DNA of 64,000 nt from positions 1 through 64,000 of the forward strand of contig MU008225.1 in assembly GCA_010909165.1 (NCBI GenBank), written 5' to 3'. Position numbers and translations under genes: made by a program. The notes below the pieces were generated by a model. The model had not been told where the DNA came from. It did not search any database and was given only the letters and a program-made list of their open reading frames with translations. Each line of letters opens with the position of its first letter. Within the stretch, counting starts at the first letter, position 1. The stretch comes from Anthoceros angustus (lineage: Eukaryota > Plantae > Anthocerotophyta). Positions 25,711 to 37,732 of this stretch are shown here, one piece after another.

Positions 25711-26550
25711 AAAAAAGAACCAAGAGTTAGAAATAGAATGAGCTAAGGACCACCTAAACCGCTTGCATACCACACCTCTACCCACCACTTCCGCCACCCA
25801 TACTCAACACATCCCCGCTTCAATCCACCACTCCCATGCCACCCGTACCCAGCAGTTCCCTGCCACATCGACCCAACACTGCTTCGATCCAAAGCCCTTC
25901 TCAAAGGAAAAGTTTATCAAACATGTAGTGATCCAAGCGGTCTAACCTCGCTCACACATAATTCGATTTTCATACACTACATACCTTAAGCCAAACCGCA
26001 AGATAAACCTACTCTTCGCTTTATGTGTGCTGAGATTTGCTTCCTCACAGCGCGGTGGTGTGATGGTGACCTCTTCTCTAAGAGCAAATACAAACAGTGT
26101 CTCCAACCGGAATCCGCTTCCTCTTAGTGCTGTGAAGTATCACGCGCGGCAACTCAAATTCGTTGACTTACACGCTGACGATCCGTTTGCTCATCTCAGA
26201 AACATATTATAAAATGATTGAGGTGAAGGGCCCACGTGCCCACCTATGGTTTCTTTTCCATGGTCCCACTTCGTAAACATATTGTGACAAGTGCCTGCTG
26301 AGTGAGACAATGCCCGTCCCAAATAGTCTCTAAATTTAGACTTTCATTTTGAATATTTTCATGAATATTTTAATTTTAAATTTTAACCTCATATAGAAGT
26401 AATATATTTGTATACCCTATGAAAAATCAGATAGAAGAAATAAATTAGATAAAATTATTAATGCCCAATGAGGAAAAAATAACAATGTTTCATCTGTTTC
26501 TAACTAATGTGAGCACCAAACCATGCTTGGACCCCTTTCTAAACTTCCAG

Positions 26551-27330
26551 ACGTCTTCAAACATTTCATTTTTTGAGGTAAATAATTGGAAAGGACTGGA
26601 AGACGAGCAGTGTGCTTTGACGGACAAGGACCAAGAGGAAGGACTGGAGGTTTTCATTGTTGCATCCACAGAAAAACAGGCACAATATCAAGTGAAAAGT
26701 AGAGATGTTTTAGACATGCAAGGTTTCTCAAAGGACGGAAGTACACACTCCTGGTAATGGACGTTCCAAGGGGGTTTGACATCGGGCCTATGGACTTTTA
26801 AAAGGGTGGACAAGCAAATTATGGATATTGTTTTGCAGAGCTTTGAGGAAAACTACTATGCAATGAACTTAGGATGATTGTGATGAGTGATGTGGAGGAG
26901 GCACACAGTTAGAGAGCCCGTGCAAAATGGAGCGAGGAAAGGGGCTTAGTTTCATTGTATAGGACAAGACGAACATGAACAATGACAGGGGCAAATTTGA
27001 AATTGTGGAGTATGTGACAGTGGGTTGGGGCGTCAAAGATGCATGTACAAAGGACATAGCTGCAATGATACCAAACACCATGCATGGGACTTTTAACAAT
27101 GGGAGGTCAGTCATCATTCATGACACCGTTTTCAAAAAACATATGTACATGTCACATGACAAGTTGGTGGTATGCCCATACCAGAGGCCGGCTGATGATG
27201 AAACTTATCAAAACCTTCTCCAAAGAGGCAGATTGGGTTTTGGATACATCTACCGTAGTGGACAACTTTATTAGCAAATTTTACATGCAGACGGATTGTA
27301 TTGCTATTGGTGACTTGAGGTGCAAGTACA
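26551..27330 (+). pseudogene. N6-adenine/N4-cytosine DNA methyltransferase-like (beta-class motif order) remnant
   Basis: Across frameshifts: KYTLLVMDVPRGF (26739-26777, DPPY-position), CPYQRP (27173-27190, cf. HPTQKP), LIKTFSKEADWVLD...SG (27204-27262, cf. LI..S..GD.VLDPF.GSG) and CIAI (~27297). Confidence 0.5.
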
Positions 27331-27369
27331 TTCCATAAAGGATCCAATGGTAGGAGGTTCTTCTAGATG

Positions 27370-27730
27370 CAGGGCGAGAATTGACCTTCGAGGACCGTAG
27401 GAGAGGACTCCAGGTTCTCGGGCGGGGCGTATGCATTAGCGAAAAGGACTCTCAGGCGCAAGTGGTTTCTTTGAGTGCCCATTGGATGAAGACCAAACTG
27501 AAGCATTGTTGGTAGAGGGCCAACAAACCCTAGATAATGTATGGGACCCTTCGCCGACTCCTTAGACGGGGCGAAACGTGGAAGACTCGGGGCCTTGGGT
27601 GAAAGACGATAACTTCGATCAACAAGAGCTGGAGCAGATTCAAAATTTGTCCGTTGTTATGGATTCAAGTTCCGCTCGAGGCATCGGATGAGTCACAAGT
27701 TAGCCCTGATGAATACGTTTTTCTAGCTGT
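27370..27730 (+). repeat. Second copy of the unclassified repeat at 900-1260
   Basis: Direct sequence similarity as described for 900-1260. Confidence 0.6.
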
Positions 27731-28554
27731 AGCCCTCCATGTGCTTGTTCTCGCTTGACTTGTCCTTATCTCGTGGATGGGGCCAGCGAGCTTACATTGT
27801 CCATATTTAATTTATTTTGGGTTTTCAATTGTGAACCAGTTTCAAAGTGACAATGGATTTCAAGATTGTACCTCTTTGTTTAGAATGTATAGGGAGTCCA
27901 GACATTCCGAATAAGGCCTTAAGGTTTGACATCCGCAGAGAAAGGGTTGTATTTGTCATAAATAGCCAAAATGCTTATTTCAGATTGTGTCAATTGAAGG
28001 GGTTCAAAACCAAAAGAAGGGGTCTTGATATTCACGCCCTTCAAGAAATACCATGTTTGGCTGTGGAAGTAATTGTTGGAAAATAGGATTTGGGGTGCTG
28101 ATTTTACTAAATGGATCCGAAATTTCTATAATGTTTCTTGAAATCGATGTCATTTGCTAAGCTCGAGATGCCTGACACTAGTATTGGAATGGAACATATG
28201 GGTGCCTGATTTTGGTGGGCCTATTGTCATTTGTAACTTTGAATACATATTAGAGTCCAACGGAAAATATACTAGTATATTTTTTTGACCTAACTCTTTA
28301 TTGATAGGCCCTCATGGTTTCTAATATGTATTCTTAGTATGCGTTAAAGACACTAGGAGATATGATTTCAAAGACCATTAGGGACTAAGGATAGATCTAG
28401 CTCCAATGATCTCCGATATATATCTTTATCTTCTAAAGTGGTCTCCTACATCTATATATGGTTCCTAGTGATATCTTTTAGCTCTCAATTGTCTCCTCCT
28501 TATCCATGTCCTAGTCCTAGTTGTCTAGATATACATGTCAATTAATGATTTATT

Positions 28555-28815
28555 TTTAGCCCCTAATAGGTCTCTTCCTTAGCCCCTAGCAATCTAGGGC
28601 ATATGTGCTTAACCCCTAATGCTCTCTTCCTTAGCCCCTAGCAATCTAGGGCATATGTGCTTAACCCCTAATGGTCTCTTCCTAGCCCGGACTACAATAT
28701 ATATGCTTCATCCTAATGATCACTTCTTAGATCACTTCGTAGCCCATTATAATGTCTCAAATATATTCTTAGCCCCTAATGGATTTTTTTTAATTCCACA
28801 TATCTTAGCCCCCTG
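28555..28815. repeat. TTAGCCCC-motif array including a 52-bp tandem duplication (28571-28674)
   Basis: TCTCTTCCTTAGCCCCTAGCAATCTAGGGCATATGTGCTTAACCCCTAAT occurs twice, with further TTAGCCCC motifs nearby. Confidence 0.8.
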
Positions 28816-29107
28816 AATTTTATTAACCTCAGAATGGTCTTCTGTACCCCGGTTTCCGAACCCAGCAGGCCTAAGCTCATTGGTACATGGTCCAGTAGGC
28901 TGTCCCTCTGCTATAGGGTCTCTATTGACGATATCGTCCATTCGCTGATCCACTCGTGTTAGCTATTCGTATTAAAAATGAAATGATTTCGGATAATTTC
29001 ACTAAAAGAAGCTCGAAGACTTTGGGACCTGTGAAATGGCAAAGTAGACTAGGTCCAAAATTTGGAGAGCCCTGAAAAGAGCTTGTAATTTGGGAAAACC
29101 AGGGAAG

Positions 29108-29186
29108 GCGGCAGGCACCTCAAGAAGGTGGCAGTCACCTCAGGAAAGATGGCAGGCACATCAGGAAAGATGGCAGGCACCTCAGG
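29108..29186. repeat. ~21-bp minisatellite
   Basis: GGCAGGCACCTCAGGAAAGAT, about four copies. Confidence 0.85.
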
Positions 29187-29227
29187 TTCCAGGAGACGAA
29201 GGTCGAGGCTGAAGGGTTCTCGACAGG

Positions 29228-31766
29228 TTGGAAGGCAGGTCACAGCAGCCAACTCTCTGTCATGACGCTGGGAGCGCTGCCCGTTCCTGCCTCCGACTCC
29301 GCCTGCAACCAATGCTGCCTTCGAGAGGCAGCCTGGGTACAAGTTTGATGTCCCCCCTCCGCTACGAAACACACAGACGTAATACTTGCATAGATTTTGC
29401 CTTTCCTCTTGTTTTGTACAATGGGTTGATGGAATCACAGTGCAAGAGCCACATACGTTGTATGTAAGAGATGTTGAGGAGGCAGCAGACGAGCGAGGGA
29501 TGCTCTACCAGCCCTTGGGGAGTCCAGCTACCAAAGCCCCAAGCGTCCGGTCCACAGCAACATTCCATTCATGCCCTATTCTGGCACGGGCCTGCTGCCG
29601 AACATGGGCTCGCAACCTGCCATCCAGGCACTGGTTTACAGACAATGTGCCATGACTTTCTGCATCTGCTTGGAATTTCAGATTTACACCTACCTCCACA
29701 GGGCGAGGTGGGGGTAGACGTCCGCCGGAAAGTGTGCCCGCTAGCTCAGCCGTGGAATGCCATAGCATCTTCTCCTGATAAGCGAAAACCCCCAGCCCAA
29801 ACAGCAATCCGAGGCTACTTCCTAGCAAGCGCTCCTACCATCAACAAACCATCAGACCTAAGGCCCCAGCCGACATGACAGTGAGCAACACGTGAGGAGA
29901 GAGGACGCAACATACCTGCATCAACAGGGAGTTCATGGCGCTGAGGCTGCAGAGGCTACTGAGGCGATGCTGCAGAGGCACTATGACACACCGGCACCAA
30001 CGATCCCCTCTCCGACGATCAAAGAACAGGCGACGCCGTTCGGGTCTAAAACCGCCGTGGCGACCGGGTGATTACTGGCACGACCGGTGACAGGCAGCCC
30101 TCCTGACATGTCAACCAAAATTCGACATTCCTGCCACTTTTCGTTTCGCCATAGCTAGCCTTGATGGACTCCAGGAGTCCACTGTCACCCCGGCTGCGGC
30201 AGGGGCGGCAGGTGGCGGAGCTCGAAGGTCTGCTCAGGTGCACAGTGACCCTCCAGTGAAACGCGCAGATCATTGGCATGCCCTGCAGACTCCTGGCGCC
30301 GACAGCGGACTGCGGAAGCTGCAGCAAACCATCGGAGAGATAGATTATGGAGGCCTGCGGTAGTTTCCATCAGCCAGTTGGCAATGCTGCCAGGGGATCC
30401 GAAACGCGCAGCATCGGTGGAGAAAGCAAGTATGCCTGGGGCGGAGGGATACTGCCACGGCTACGGCTGCGGCTGCTCATCCGCTTCACTCCTGATAGTC
30501 CGGTGCTACCACAGAAACAGGAGTCTGACTCAGGTGTTCGTCCGATGTGACATTGGCGGCATCCTTGAGTGCACCTATCCCTGCTGTCCCTGATGCTCAC
30601 GCACCTCAATCTGCAGCGGAAAACGTAGCGGACAACCAGGCCATTTTATCGGAAGGAACGCCTCCTGCGGATGCCGCCGTGAGGAGCAGAGTGAGGAAAC
30701 GGCAATTTTCAGATTCGCATCTCGATCGACACGACGAGGGTGGTACTTCACCAGTTGCAGCACAGGGTAGAGTCGGACTTGCACCTCCGTTTGCTGCTTC
30801 CGACAGTGATGGGAACCATGCGTCAGCTGCCATGTCCAGAGCCTTGCCCATTCCTGAGGTTCATATTGTTCAGGCTAGGAGACTTCAGCTTGTGGAGCTT
30901 ACTGAACGAATGAAGAAGGTAGAGAGCATTGCCGATAACCTGTCAATGCTGCGGTCCGGCAATTTCATGCCTAACCTAACCGGAAAGTGCGCCAGGTGCA
31001 GAACGAAGTCAAGGATGTTCAGCAATGTCGTCGCTGTTTATGCGGCGCAGAGATGATATAGTCGAACACCGTCAAGGTGGCGTGAAGAAGGCGAACAGTG
31101 GATCTCGTGAAAATGAGACTTGCTCCTCGGTAGACGGGAGGAAAATCTCTTTCACGACAGATGAAGACCATTCTTGCACAGTTCGCTCCTTGCGCTTTAG
31201 TGCGGGTCATTGTTTGAAGACTTTGCGCATGTCATCGAAAGTTTCAGTGTCGGGTGGAGGTCCAACCATTCCTTGAATCACCTTGGTGTCGGTATGTTTA
31301 GGTCAGGAAACATCGAAGCCTCCATTCCTTATTCCTGGACGCAGCTCTCTATGACCTTCGAAATTACCACCAGGTGAGCTTTTCTCATACATACGAGCCT
31401 GNGGCTCAGTCCACTAGTTTACTTTGGGCTTACCGGGTGCGCGTTGTAAAGAGTCTGCTGGGTGTGGGATGTTGTTCATTTCAGCGAAGCTGATCAATGA
31501 TGCTTACTCAACTCCACAGGGGTCCACCTCAACCCCACCCACCCTTACACTGAATGGTTCTTGGTTCAGTCTCTGCTGATGTTGTGCCCTCTGCCAAGAA
31601 GCAGCATCCTTATGCATTTAGGGGCACGACAGTCTCTTCCATGCCCATGCATGATTTACTACAACAATTAGAAATTGGAAGCTTTGCTGCAGTTTTGCTG
31701 GCTCATGGAGTGCGAGATATCAGAGCAGTGGAGGCTGCACTTCTATTTTTCTGCGCGCCAGTATAG
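29228..31766 (+). CDS. Probable low-complexity multi-exon gene, possibly ending in a SAM-like helical segment
   Basis: Ala/Pro/Ser-rich open segments (e.g. 30547-31056 with CxxC) and splice-like sites at ~31373 and ~31485. MHDLLQQLEIGSFAAVLLAHGV (31554-31766) only weakly resembles a SAM domain. Confidence 0.3.
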
Positions 31767-32010
31767 ATTAGTACAAGTCGCTACTGAGGCTTTCATGCAC
31801 TAATTTAGACCAATCCTGTAGCTCTCAAAGAGCAAGTACTCTTTGACAGAGTGGGTCATCGTTTTGGGAATTTGTGAGTCCATCTCAGGGAAGCCGATCT
31901 TGTATTTCCTTAGCCTCGTGTACTATTTTAGTCAGCAAATTTTGTGCCCATGTACTGTTGCGAAATATTTTTTGCTGATTTGGCAATCTTTATTGTGGAT
32001 CTCCTGCCAG

Positions 32011-33440
32011 GTTTTAGAAGCCCATGACAATGAAGTATGGTTTTTGCAATTTTCGCATGATGGAAGGCACCTTACTTCAGCTTCAAAGGACTGCACTGGC
32101 AATTATATGGGAGGTTTGTATTCTTCGATTGTTCCTTGTACCTGCTGATGTTGCACATCTGGTTTGGCGTTTGTCACGAGGGCATTAAGGTTTTGGTTGT
32201 ATCCGTTGTGAGGAGGGTTCAGATTGTGACACCGATATTGTAGATGGCTAGCTGACTGGTTGGTGACGCCTTGCCGAAATCTGAGTCTAGTGTATTTTTG
32301 TGTCTCTGAGTTTGACCTCGAAGACAGGTGTAAACTGTGAACTGTGAGCGGAATCTTACACTGGGTAGGTCCTCCTGGTGACATCTACAGGCTGGAACAG
32401 ATGTTGAATATTGTTGTAGGACTCAAAGTCAAGCTGCATGCTTCTGGTGCATTGCTCGACAGGAGACTCAATTGCTAATGGGACGCTATGTGATAAGCAG
32501 GTTGTCGATGAGGCCTATGTGAAGTTGAAACACACTCTAACGGGTCATCAAGCCTGTCTCGTTTGTGGCATGGAGCCCAGATGATGGTATACTTCTCACA
32601 TGCGGAAACGAGGAGTGTTGAAGTGGAATGCTCAAACAGGAGAATGTAGACACACTTATGACAAGCCAGTGGTTGTTTCACTTCATGTGCATGGTTTCCA
32701 GATGGTCAAGGTTTGTGTCCGGTGGAAATGACAAGTGCATTTATATGTGGGACTTAGAAGGAAAGAATTGGAGTCCTGGAAGGGTATAAGGATGCCTCGC
32801 ATCAATGATCTTGCCATAACTCTGGATGGCAGTCACATGGTGAGCTTGTGTGGAGACAGTCACATTCGGATATATAATTTGAATGAAAAGACAGAACGAG
32901 TGATTGAAGAGGAAAAGTCTATACTTCCTTCTCGGTGTCCAAGGATGGAGATACTTGCTGGTTAACCTGTGAATCAGGAAACCCACAGGAGTCAGAAATC
33001 CACCTGTGGGACATTTCTGCAAACTCAAGTCACCATTCAGGTACAGGGGACACAGGCAGGGCGATACGTTATCAGGTCATGTTTTGGTGGATCGGACCAT
33101 GCTTTCATCGTCAGTGGGGTAGAAGACTCTCAGGTTGGTAATATAGGCTGCAATAGAAAGTTGCTCATCTCTGGTTTTCTGGGAGCTGCTGGGCTACATC
33201 TCGCTTTGTCGATGACCAGTGTTTGTTTTGTGCGTTCCCAGGTGTACATCATCTGGCATCAGCGTAACAGGGGAACTTCTTGAAGTGCTACCTGGTCACT
33301 CTGGCACAGTGAACTGTAAGCTGGAATCCTGGCAATCCTCACATGTTTGCATCTGCTAGTGACGATCATACTATACGGATTTGGGGTTTGGGCAGGACAC
33401 CTCAAGCTCATGATGCAGACACCAGCAATGGCATAGGTCA
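32011..33440 (+). CDS. WDR26: WD40-repeat region of a WDR26/GID7 (CTLH complex) homologue; exons 32011-32113, 32501-33133, 33242-~33440
   Basis: [27 protein letters not shown]; [19 protein letters not shown]; [20 protein letters not shown]; [30 protein letters not shown]. Canonical GT-AG introns. Several 1-bp frameshifts. No N-terminal LisH/CTLH exon was found. Confidence 0.9.
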
Positions 33441-34433
33441 TCTAGTAAACGGTGGAACCAGTGATCTCATGGAGAATTTAAGACCCTTCGGATTATGAGC
33501 TACGAGGCCCGCCCCCCGCCCTTCGAACTCTGTTGTCCAGCTTCTCGGGTTCTGGTGTTGAGGTTTCCGTTGTAGTAGAAATGTGTCAAGCTTGTTGGGC
33601 AAGTTCAGGGACCCAAAGCTGTATGGGAGCTAATTGATGTATATTTCAAATTGGTTTAACGTTACTCGTAGTACCTACTGTAGTTGCCTTGTATTGGTTG
33701 GGCACGTTGTTACGTACTATATTACTTAGGGACAGATGTCCACGTGAGCTGCCACAGACTTCATGCGGGGAGTTTCAGTCGCAGCCTTCACCAATAAAAA
33801 GATGGATGGAGGGCCGTTAGAGAGTGGGTGCGTCGCGGCAAGCACGGCAGACAGGGCGGCGTTCAGCTAGGGTAATGAAACTGCTGTACTTCACAGTTTA
33901 CAGTTCTCGTCGAGAGTCGTTCTTACGTCAATGTTTGTGGTGAAGGCTGCGGACGATCCTGAAAATGTGGATTTTGGAGGACCAGGTAAATACAGGGGCC
34001 CTGTTGCGCCTACAGTTTGCGTGACGTATCTACCCTTTGCGTGCCGGGTCTTTGCAGGTCCGGGTACGGTATCCACTGTCGACAAAAGACAGAACCTATT
34101 CCTGTGGTTGACCGTGAGGTGGAGTATGAAGGAGAATAAGTCCTATACCAGGGGCATGCTCCCAGCTTGACAGATAAAGAGATCAAAAGTGGGCAAGCAT
34201 ACTTCTCTGCACCAACACTGTCAGTCTCCATTTGTATTGGGCTGCCTACGTATCAACTATAGATAATTGGGCAGATATGGAAAAGACGGAAGCTGGAGGA
34301 GGCCAGTGAGTGGTCGAAATGACTCAGAACGGTCCTCTGCCGTGTGAAGTGGAAGACACGTTGCCTGAGGAGAGGAGAGTTCCCAGACGATAGAGGGTGG
34401 TAAACTTTGTACACTTTTATAAATCTGAGTGTG

Positions 34434-35156
34434 TCAACAATTTTTGCCAAACCTTCTGCGCGCACTGATCACACCAGACAGCAAACCGGCCATAGCTAGC
34501 ATCGCAGAGTCGATAAAACCTTCCTTGGACCATCAGTGATGGAACTCAGAGCAGTGTACTATCAAGCACATCACACAATGGAGAATGTCTTGATGATAAA
34601 CTTTCGACAATCACCCGCCCTTGCGCTCTCAGCCTATGAAACCCTTAACATAGAATCTTCAACGGCAAGCTACCAGCGTAACCCACGAATTCCGCGCAAG
34701 CGCATCAAACTAATCCGTTTGGCATGCTTGGTAGATATGAGACCAGATTTCATCTACCATGTGCAAGGCAGCCAGCTATTAGAGGAGTTACAACACAATA
34801 AAGGCACTTGGCATGCTGGGAATGGAGCCTACCAGCCACAGCACTTGCTCGAGAAGTAATAAGTGCCTTCACGCGTGTGCCAGGAGATAGAGAGCTCGTA
34901 GATGTAGACTGTTGCAGCTCTCAGATATCAAACCGAGCGCGTTCACGTTCTGCACAAACTTGCCGGTCGCAACGCCTTTCGGCTTAGGTTGACCCGCACA
35001 TCAAACTGTTCCAGACGCCGCGAAGATCGCTCCTCTCCTCGTCCCCTACTAAACCAGCCAAAGCCGAGTAGCATATCGGATAATCTTCAAGGTTTTGTCA
35101 ACACCGTCACGACGAGCGAGGAAAACCTCCAAATGCTGCACATCCTCCCTCGCCAT
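34434..35156 (-). CDS. PEX11A: Peroxisomal membrane protein PEX11A homologue; two exons, intron 34754-34832
   Basis: Manual translation across frameshifts: MAREDVQHLEVFLARRDGVDKTLKIIRYATRL...SRKALR.GKFVQNVNAL...EGTYYF.EQVLWL|MKSGLISTKHAK...AEFVGYAGS...AGLLSGVISA. Not present in the ORF track. Confidence 0.88.
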
Positions 35157-36019
35157 GACGACTCCAGCGCTCTACTCTTCAGCATCCAACGTGCTGAGCT
35201 GAGCCCAGAGAGCAGAGCGGCGGCACTCCCGTCACCAGCATCCCGATTCCCTTCTCGCTACGCCGCCGAGAGATTCGGAGAGTCGAACGGCAGGGAGAGG
35301 ATCTTCCTGGGCTGAGCTTCTCTTTTCCATGACCCCGCTATTCTTTGAATTCTTTGCAAAAGTCATACCTCAAGGGGGAGGGGGCTCCGTCTATGCTCAC
35401 TAGCTGCCCTCACCTAAGAATCCGCAACTCTTACACCTTCCCTCAGCATACTCATCAAATTCCTCCACTATGGAAACAAGACAAACGTCCTGAACTTCGT
35501 ACCATGTTTTTCTGCGAAAAAACGAGACGAAAGAAGTTACGCAAAAGCCAAAACCCTAGATGGGTTATGTCAGCCATGATTTTACGTTATAAAGAAGCCC
35601 GGGGATGCAGGCTACTCGTACCCAGCTTGCATCCACGCACACCTTCATAGTAGAGGAGAGAATTAGAGGTGGCTAGCAGCGTGAAGAGCTTCATAAATGT
35701 GTCTTGCTCAGCCATATAACCCTTTACACCAAAGCTTTTCTTGCTGGCTGTGGATAGCATTTGGCCATCAATAATAAAAAAATGAGTTATAATATATTAG
35801 TTATAACTCTTAAGATTTATTATAATTAATGGATTAGTATATATATTATAGAAGTTATTATCATTAGGAAAATTAAGAAAAGATATTTATGCTATATTGT
35901 TTAATAGGCCATTGAACTTTTGTAAGCGTAGAGTACCAAATGCTTAAAAAGTTATTCAAATGAAAATAATTTTATTCATTCCTAATGCAATATTTTAGTT
36001 ATACTCGAAGACACTTTTA

Positions 36020-37200
36020 TGCTATTTGTGTAACTTTATGTCTACAGTGGAGGCTGAGTACATGGCATCCACACAAGCTACAAAGGAAGCCATTTGGTTG
36101 AGAAGGTTCATGGAAGAAATTGGGTATCAACAAGTACAGCCACCTGTTCTTCAAAGTGACAACCAGGGAAGCATGGCATTGATCAGGGACCCGGTGCACC
36201 ACTCAAGGACAAAGAAATGGTAAGAGGACTTGAGCTTGGAGAGGAGGAAGATATTGGTATTTGTAGAGGTTGCATGATGGGAAAGCAACATCGATTTCCA
36301 TTTCCAAAGGGAGGAAATAGAGCTAACCATGTGCCGGTGCACCACTCAAGGACAAAGAAATGGTAAGAGGACTTGAGCTTGGAGAGGAGGAAGATATTGG
36401 TATTTGTAGAGGTTGCATGATGGGAAAGCAACATCGATTTCCATTTCAAAGGGAGGAAGTAGAGCTAACCATGTGCTAGATTTGATTCACTATTGTGGCC
36501 CCATGAAGACCACATCTCTAGGAGGGGCCAAGTATTTCCTCACTTTCACGATGACAAGTCAAGGTATACCAAGGTTTACTTCCTCAAATCCAAGGATGCC
36601 TATTTATCAAGTTCAAGGAGTATAAAGCACTTGTGGAGAATCAAATTGGTAGAAAGATAAAAGTTTTAAGGAGTGACAATGGAGGTGAGTATATGTCCAA
36701 GGATTTTGAAACTTTTGCAAGGAGCACGGAATCATGCAACAATTTTCGCCCTTACACTCCTCAGCAAAATGGAGTTGCGAAAGGAAAAATAGAACTTTGG
36801 TAGAATGTGCTAGGAGCATGCTTCATCATCAACAATTGGGCTATGAGTTTTGGGGAAGCCATTGCAACTGTCTACCTACTAATAGAAGTGCAAGTGCATC
36901 ACTAGAGGATATGACACCGGAGGAATGCTGGTTAGAGAGGAAGCCTTTTATTGCTCACTTGCATGTGTTTGGGTGTAGAGCCTTTGCACATAAACCCAAA
37001 GAAGTCAGGAGTAAGCTCGAAGGGAAGGCATTGGAGTGCATTTTTGTGGGCTATGATATTGATAGAAAGGCCTATAGATTATATGACAAGACATCTAGGC
37101 GCATCATCATAAGTAGAGATGTTTTTTTTTGATGAGAGACTATAGATAGAGAAATTTCCTATTGTTGATGCTCATGAGGTTGTGATACCTCAAGAACCAA
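36020..37200 (+). mobile_element. Rearranged Ty1/Copia pol fragments (RNase H followed by integrase)
   Basis: STVEAEYMA...SDNQGSMAL...HHSRTK (36040-36213) is joined to ICRGCMMGKQHR, CGPM, LRSDNGGEY, ERKNRTLVECARSML and CIFVGY...SRDV. Confidence 0.9.
36191..36476. repeat. ~143-bp tandem duplication spanning the RNaseH/integrase junction
   Basis: CCGGTGCACCACTCAAGGACAAAGAAATGG...GCTAACCATGTG is present twice, nearly identical. Confidence 0.9.
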
Positions 37201-37267
37201 TTGGAAAAGATGTCATTCCGATTGATGGAATGAAATGATCCTAGCGAGGAAACAATGAGGAAGAACC

Positions 37268-37465
37268 CTTTCTCTTTTCTCTGCACTTTCTTTTCTCTCT
37301 TTCTCTTTTCTCTTTTCTCTTTTCTCTTTTCTCTCTTCTCTCTTCCTCTCTTCTCTCTTCTCTCTTCTCTCTTCTCTCTTCCTCTCTTCTCTCTTCTCTC
37401 TTCTCTCTTCTCTCTTCTCTTGCTCTCTTCTCTCTTCTCTCTTCTCTCTTCTCCTCTCTTCCTCC
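37268..37465. repeat. Polypyrimidine (CTCTT-type) microsatellite
   Basis: About 200 bp made almost entirely of C and T. Confidence 0.95.
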
Positions 37466-37732
37466 TGAAAATCTACCTCTTCCACTCTTCCTAGCACCTT
37501 CGCCATTACAAACCTCACAGCTCCCCACTAGTGCCTCAGAGCATAGGGGAGTGCCACCTCACGGTCCTATTGAGACATCTAGGCGTGGCAGTGAGACCTC
37601 GCCTTGTTGGAATTTACTGAGGACCTCCCTTCCTGACCTTGTATAGTCCTGCCTGCAACCACCGCGCTCCCTCGCGCTCAAACCTCCCCGGTGCTACACT
37701 CAGCAAAGCGTGGGCCCGGTACCACGGTCACT

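Noticed and set aside
28555-28815. Interstitial telomeric repeat
   Set aside because: The TTAGCCCC motifs are dispersed and do not form (TTTAGGG)n.
34536-35315. Plus-strand ORFs 34536-34859 and 34989-35315
   Set aside because: They are antisense shadows of PEX11A.
35601-35660. Hairpin as a Helitron 3' end
   Set aside because: No properly spaced CTRR terminus and no matching 5' end or Rep/helicase sequence.
37213-37528. E/R/K-rich and L/S/F-rich ORFs
   Set aside because: They are translations of the CTCTT microsatellite.
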